A DNA stretch of 64,000 nt from the human T2T-CHM13v2.0 reference genome, Homo sapiens. The notes beneath the pieces were generated by a model, which worked only from the letters and a program-made list of their open reading frames with translations, was not told where the DNA came from and ran no database searches. Made by a program: the position numbers and the translations under genes. The stretch lies in assembly GCF_009914755.1 (NCBI RefSeq), contig NC_060948.1, one strand, 5' to 3'. Within the stretch, counting starts at the first letter, position 1, and every line of letters begins with the position of its first letter. Positions 59,895 through 64,000 of the stretch are shown in pieces.

Positions 59895-60975
59895 TTTTAA
59901 CTTTTATATTAAGTTCAGGGGTACAAATGGGGGTGGTATGGTTAGGCTCTGTGTCCCCACCAATATCTCATCTTGAATTATAATTCCCATAATTCCCACA
60001 ATTCCCACGTGTCAAGGGAGAGACGAGGTAGAGGTGATTTGATCATGCTGGTGTTTTCCCCCATGCTGTTCTCATGATAGTGAGTGAGTTCCCGCGAGAT
60101 ATGATGGTTTCATAAGAGGCTTTTCACCCCTCACTCTTCACACTCTTTCACCTGCCACCAGGTAAGGCATGCCTCTTCCCCTCGTGCCATGATCATAACT
60201 TTTCTGAGGCCTCCCCAGCCATGCAGAACTGTGAGTCAATTAAACTTCTTTTCTTCATAAATTACGCAGTCTCAGGTTGTATCTTTATAGCAGTGTGAAG
60301 GCAGACTAATATAGAACATTTATTACATAGGTAAAATTGTGTGATGAGGATTTGTTGCACAGATTATTTTATCACCTAAGCATTAATTGTAGTACTCAAT
60401 TGATGTATTTTCTGCTCTTCTCCCTCCTCCCATTCTCCACCCTCTTGTGGGTCCCAGTGTCTGTTGTTCCCTTCTTTGGGTCCATGTGTTCTCGTCATTT
60501 AGTTTTCACATTTTTTTTAATTTTTTCTTTCTTTTTTTTTTTTTTTTTGAGATGGAGTCTCACTTTGTCACCCAGGCTGGAGTGCAGTGGCATGACATCG
60601 GCTCACCTCAACCTCCACCTCCCGGGTTAATGCAATTGTCCTGCCTCAGCCTTCTGAGTAGCATGGATTACAGGCATGTGTCACCACACTGGCTAATTTT
60701 TGTATTTTTAGTAGAGATGAGGCTTCACCACGTAGGTCAGGCTGGTCTCCTGACCTCATGATCTGTCCCCCTTGGCCTCCAAAGTGCTATGACTACAGGC
60801 ATGAGCCACCACACCTAGCCTAGTTTCTACTTTTAAGTGAGGACATGTGGTATTTGGTTTGTTTTGTTTTCTGTTTCTACATTAGTTTGAGAAAGACAAT
60901 GGCCTCCAGCTCCATCTATATTACTGAAAACAACATAATCTCATTCTTTTTTATGGCTGTACAATATTCCATGGT
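59895..60975 (-). mobile_element. L1 3' end with nested MSTA/THE1D LTR (59934-60312) and AluS (60510-60820, -)
   Basis: The L1 tail is split twice; LTR TGGTATGGTTAGGC...GACTAATATA. Confidence 0.82.
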
Positions 60976-61109
60976 CTCACTCAGCTTTGTTTTCTTTCTT
61001 CCTAGTGCAGGATGCAATTCTTGGCTTATGATAGGTCCTCCATGAATATATACCAAACAAATCAGAATGAAGAGGTTGGTAATGATTCAGCAGTTTTCTC
61101 TCATCCATT

Positions 61110-61607
61110 TTTCATTATTATTCTTACTATTTTATATATTTAGCAGGTACAATTACAGATGTCTTAACATGCATATATTGCAGAGCGGTGAAGTCTCGGC
61201 AGTTTTAACCAATAGATAATGTAACAATCATCACTCCCCTTCCACTTTTCCCATTTTGGTATTCCTCAATTGTCTATTATTCCACTCTTTACGTCCATGT
61301 GTACTCATTGTTTATCTCCACATATAAGTGAAAATATGTAGTATTTGACTTTCTGTTTCTGAGTTATTTTACCTAGAATAATGGCTTCTAGTTTCATCTA
61401 TGTTGCAAAAGAGATGATTTCCTTCTTTTGTATGGCTGATTATTTTTCCACAGTGCACATGTACCACATTATCTTTATCCAGCCCTCTATTGATGGGCAC
61501 TTAGGTTGATTTCATTTCTTTGCTATTGTGACTAGTTCTGCAACAAACATGCAAGTGTAGTTTTCTTTTTGATATGACGATTTATTTTCCTTTGAATACA
61601 TACCGGA
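61110..61607 (-). mobile_element. L1MA/PB 3' end
   Basis: TTGATGGGCACTTAGGTTGATTTCATTTCTTTGCTATTGTGA. Confidence 0.8.
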
Positions 61608-61715
61608 AGTTCACCACTTTGATTACTGAATGCAGAATTTCTAAGGGCATATCATTAATCTATTGAAATCAATCAGAAGAGACTGGGTACTATGTAATTG
61701 CAACTTTGAAGTTAG

Positions 61716-63032
61716 TGTGTCCAGAATTGGTGAGTTCTTGGTCTCCCTGACTTCAAGAATGAAGCCCCGGACCCTTTGCGGTGAGTGTTACAGTTCTTAA
61801 AGATGGTGTGTTCAGAGTCTGTTCCTTCAGATGTTCAGATGTGCCCAGAGTTTCTTCCTTCTGGTGGGTTCGTGGTCTCTCGGACTTCAGGAGTGAAGCT
61901 GCAGACCTTCATGATGAGTGTTACAGCTCTTAACAGTGTCGTGTCCAGAGTTGTTCATTCCTCCCCATTCCAGAGTTGTTCCTCCCTCCCAGCCAGTTTG
62001 TGGTCTCGCTGGCTTCAGGAGTGAAGCTGCAGACCTTCATGGCTAGCCTTACAGCTCATAAAGACCATGGAGACCCAAAGAGTGAGCAGCCACAAGATTT
62101 ATTGTGAAGACCTAAAGAACAGGGCAAAAGAACAAAGCTGCCACAACGTGGAACAGGACCCAAGAAGTTGCACTGCTGGCTCAGATGACCCGCTTTTATT
62201 CCCTTATCTGGCCCCACCCACATCATGCTGATTGGTCCATTTTACAGAGAGCTGATTGATCTATTTTACAGAGAGCTGATTGGTCCATTTTACAGAGAGC
62301 TGATTGGTCCGTTTTGACAGAGTGCTGATTGGTGTGTTTAGAAACCTTTAGCTAGACACAGAGTGCTGATTGGTGTGTTTACAATCCTCAGGCTAGACAG
62401 AAAAGTTCTCCAAGTCCCCACCAGATTAGCTAGACACAGAGTGCTGATTGGTGCATTTACAAACCTTTAACTAGACACAGATTGCTGATTGGTGCATTTA
62501 CAATCCTTTAGCTAGACAGAAAATTTCTCCAAGTCCCCACCCAACCCAGAAGCCCAGGGGATTCACCTCTCACTGCTGGCACTCGCTGCTTTGCGGCACC
62601 TCCTCCTGGCATTCTGGCAGCGCAGAGGGAGCTCCTTAAAAGCAAAAGAGGGGAAGTGAGAAAGAGATGGGAGATCTGCTATCATGGCCAAGGATCTCGC
62701 CAAGAGGAAAAGGCAGTCAACGCTCCAGATTCAGCCTCCAATCAAGCCCAGCAAGCGCCGGCTGGCTGCCCCTAGCGCCGTCTTGCTGAGCCAGCGCTCA
62801 CCTGGAACCTGCTGGCCTGCGATCACTGCTTGCAGCCCTGGCCAAGCCGGTGCCTCTCTCTTCACACTTTCTCGCTAGCACAGGGAGCCGGCTTCGGCCT
62901 CAGCCAGCCCCAGAGAGGGGCCCTCATAGTGCATCGGCAGGCTGAAGGGATCCTCTAGAGTGGCCAGAGTGGACACCAAGGCCGAAGAGGCACAAGAGCG
63001 AGTGAGGGCTGCTAGCACGTTGTCACCTTTCA
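61716..63032 (-). mobile_element. Solo ERV9 LTR (LTR12B/D-like)
   Basis: TGTGTCCAGAATTGG...GTTGTCACCTTTCA; tandem GCTGATTGGT (CCAAT) repeats at 62228-62492; TSD TTAG. Confidence 0.92.
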
Positions 63033-63531
63033 TTAGTAAAGGCTAATTTGTATTTGAGGAAAAAAATCATCCTTTCAGAAATGTATTACAAAATACCAGG
63101 CAGGCTTATCACAGCTGGGATCACTGCCACTATGACACTGTGTGGGGAGTCCATGTCCTCTTACAAATCAGCCTGACTCTTCATATATTTTGTGGCTGAC
63201 TTGTCATTTACCTTTCTTGGAAAGAAGCCAGAAAAAGCTGAGCCTAACCCCAACTTTCTTGTATCCTCCAATATATGCAGCCCTGATGAGATTTCATGGA
63301 ATGTTTTCACACACAGAATATGAAAATTTATTTTGAAAATAGCAGATATATCAGATATTTTATGATAAAATAAGGCACATATACTGGTTGACAGGTCATG
63401 GAGTGTGGCTTTTACTACTAAAGAAGTAACAAGGAAAGTCCATAAAATTAAAAACAAAAATACTTTTCCCTCATCGTTTTGTTTATATGAGATGAATGTC
63501 ACACTGTCTTTTAATATTTCTGTTCGTTTCC

Positions 63532-63968
63532 TTTTTTTTTTTTTTCTTTTTGAGACAAGATCTTGCTCTGTCACCCAGGCTAGAGTAAAATGTGATCATA
63601 ACTCTCTCCCACCTCAACTTCCTGGGCTCAGGTGATCTTCCCATCTCAGCGTCCTGAGTAGTCAGAACCACAGGCACATATCACCACACCCAGCTATTTT
63701 ATTATTATTATTTGTAGAGATAGGGTCTTGCTATGTTGTCCAGGATGGTCTAAAACTCCTGGGCTCAAGTGATTCTTCCACCTCAGCCTCCCGAGTTGTT
63801 GGAATCACAGGCACATACCACTGTGCCCAGCTATTTTAAAAAATTATTTGTAGAGACAGGGTCTTACTATATTGCCTAGGCTGGTATCAAACTCCTGGGC
63901 TCAAACAATCCTCCCACCTCAGCCTCCCAAAGTCCTGAGATTAGAGGAATGAGCCACAGCACCCAGCC
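63532..63968 (-). mobile_element. Trimeric AluJ-type element
   Basis: Three monomers separated by two A/T-rich linkers (~63695-63712, ~63833-63849). Confidence 0.85.
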
Positions 63969-64000
63969 AACATTTCTATTTTTTCTACTAAAATGCTCTT

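Noticed and set aside
62630-62740. Apparent foreign insert in the LTR12 U3
   Set aside because: It probably reflects subfamily (LTR12D-type) sequence; I cannot show otherwise without the consensus.

Overview
Primate (human-like) intergenic DNA made almost entirely of interspersed repeats; I recognise no intact host gene, RNA gene or prokaryotic system. There are four main elements. (1) An old, near full-length L1 (L1PA7-like, 1-12467, +) whose ORF2 is split by (2) an internally deleted LTR13-flanked HERV-K(HML-4)/HERVK13 provirus (4179-10450, TSD GTATTG). (3) A 5'-truncated L1PA4-like element (20117-24820, -) nested in an older L1 fragment. (4) A full-length but dead L1PA2/PA3-like element (35531-41585, +). 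Around them lie two solo ERV9 LTR12s, MaLR LTRs, about 14 Alus, three MER1A, MER53, MER20, Made1, Tigger2a, micro- and minisatellites and many small local duplications. The best novelty candidate is a fossil two-exon rec-like gene (87+18=105 codons) in the HML-4 env region. Next are an 18-aa Gag tandem repeat with an in-frame gag-pol deletion fusion, a compound Made1 hairpin, a TSD-flanked orphan insert and a candidate exon downstream of an LTR12. Subfamily names come from remembered consensus motifs and need Dfam/RepeatMasker confirmation.
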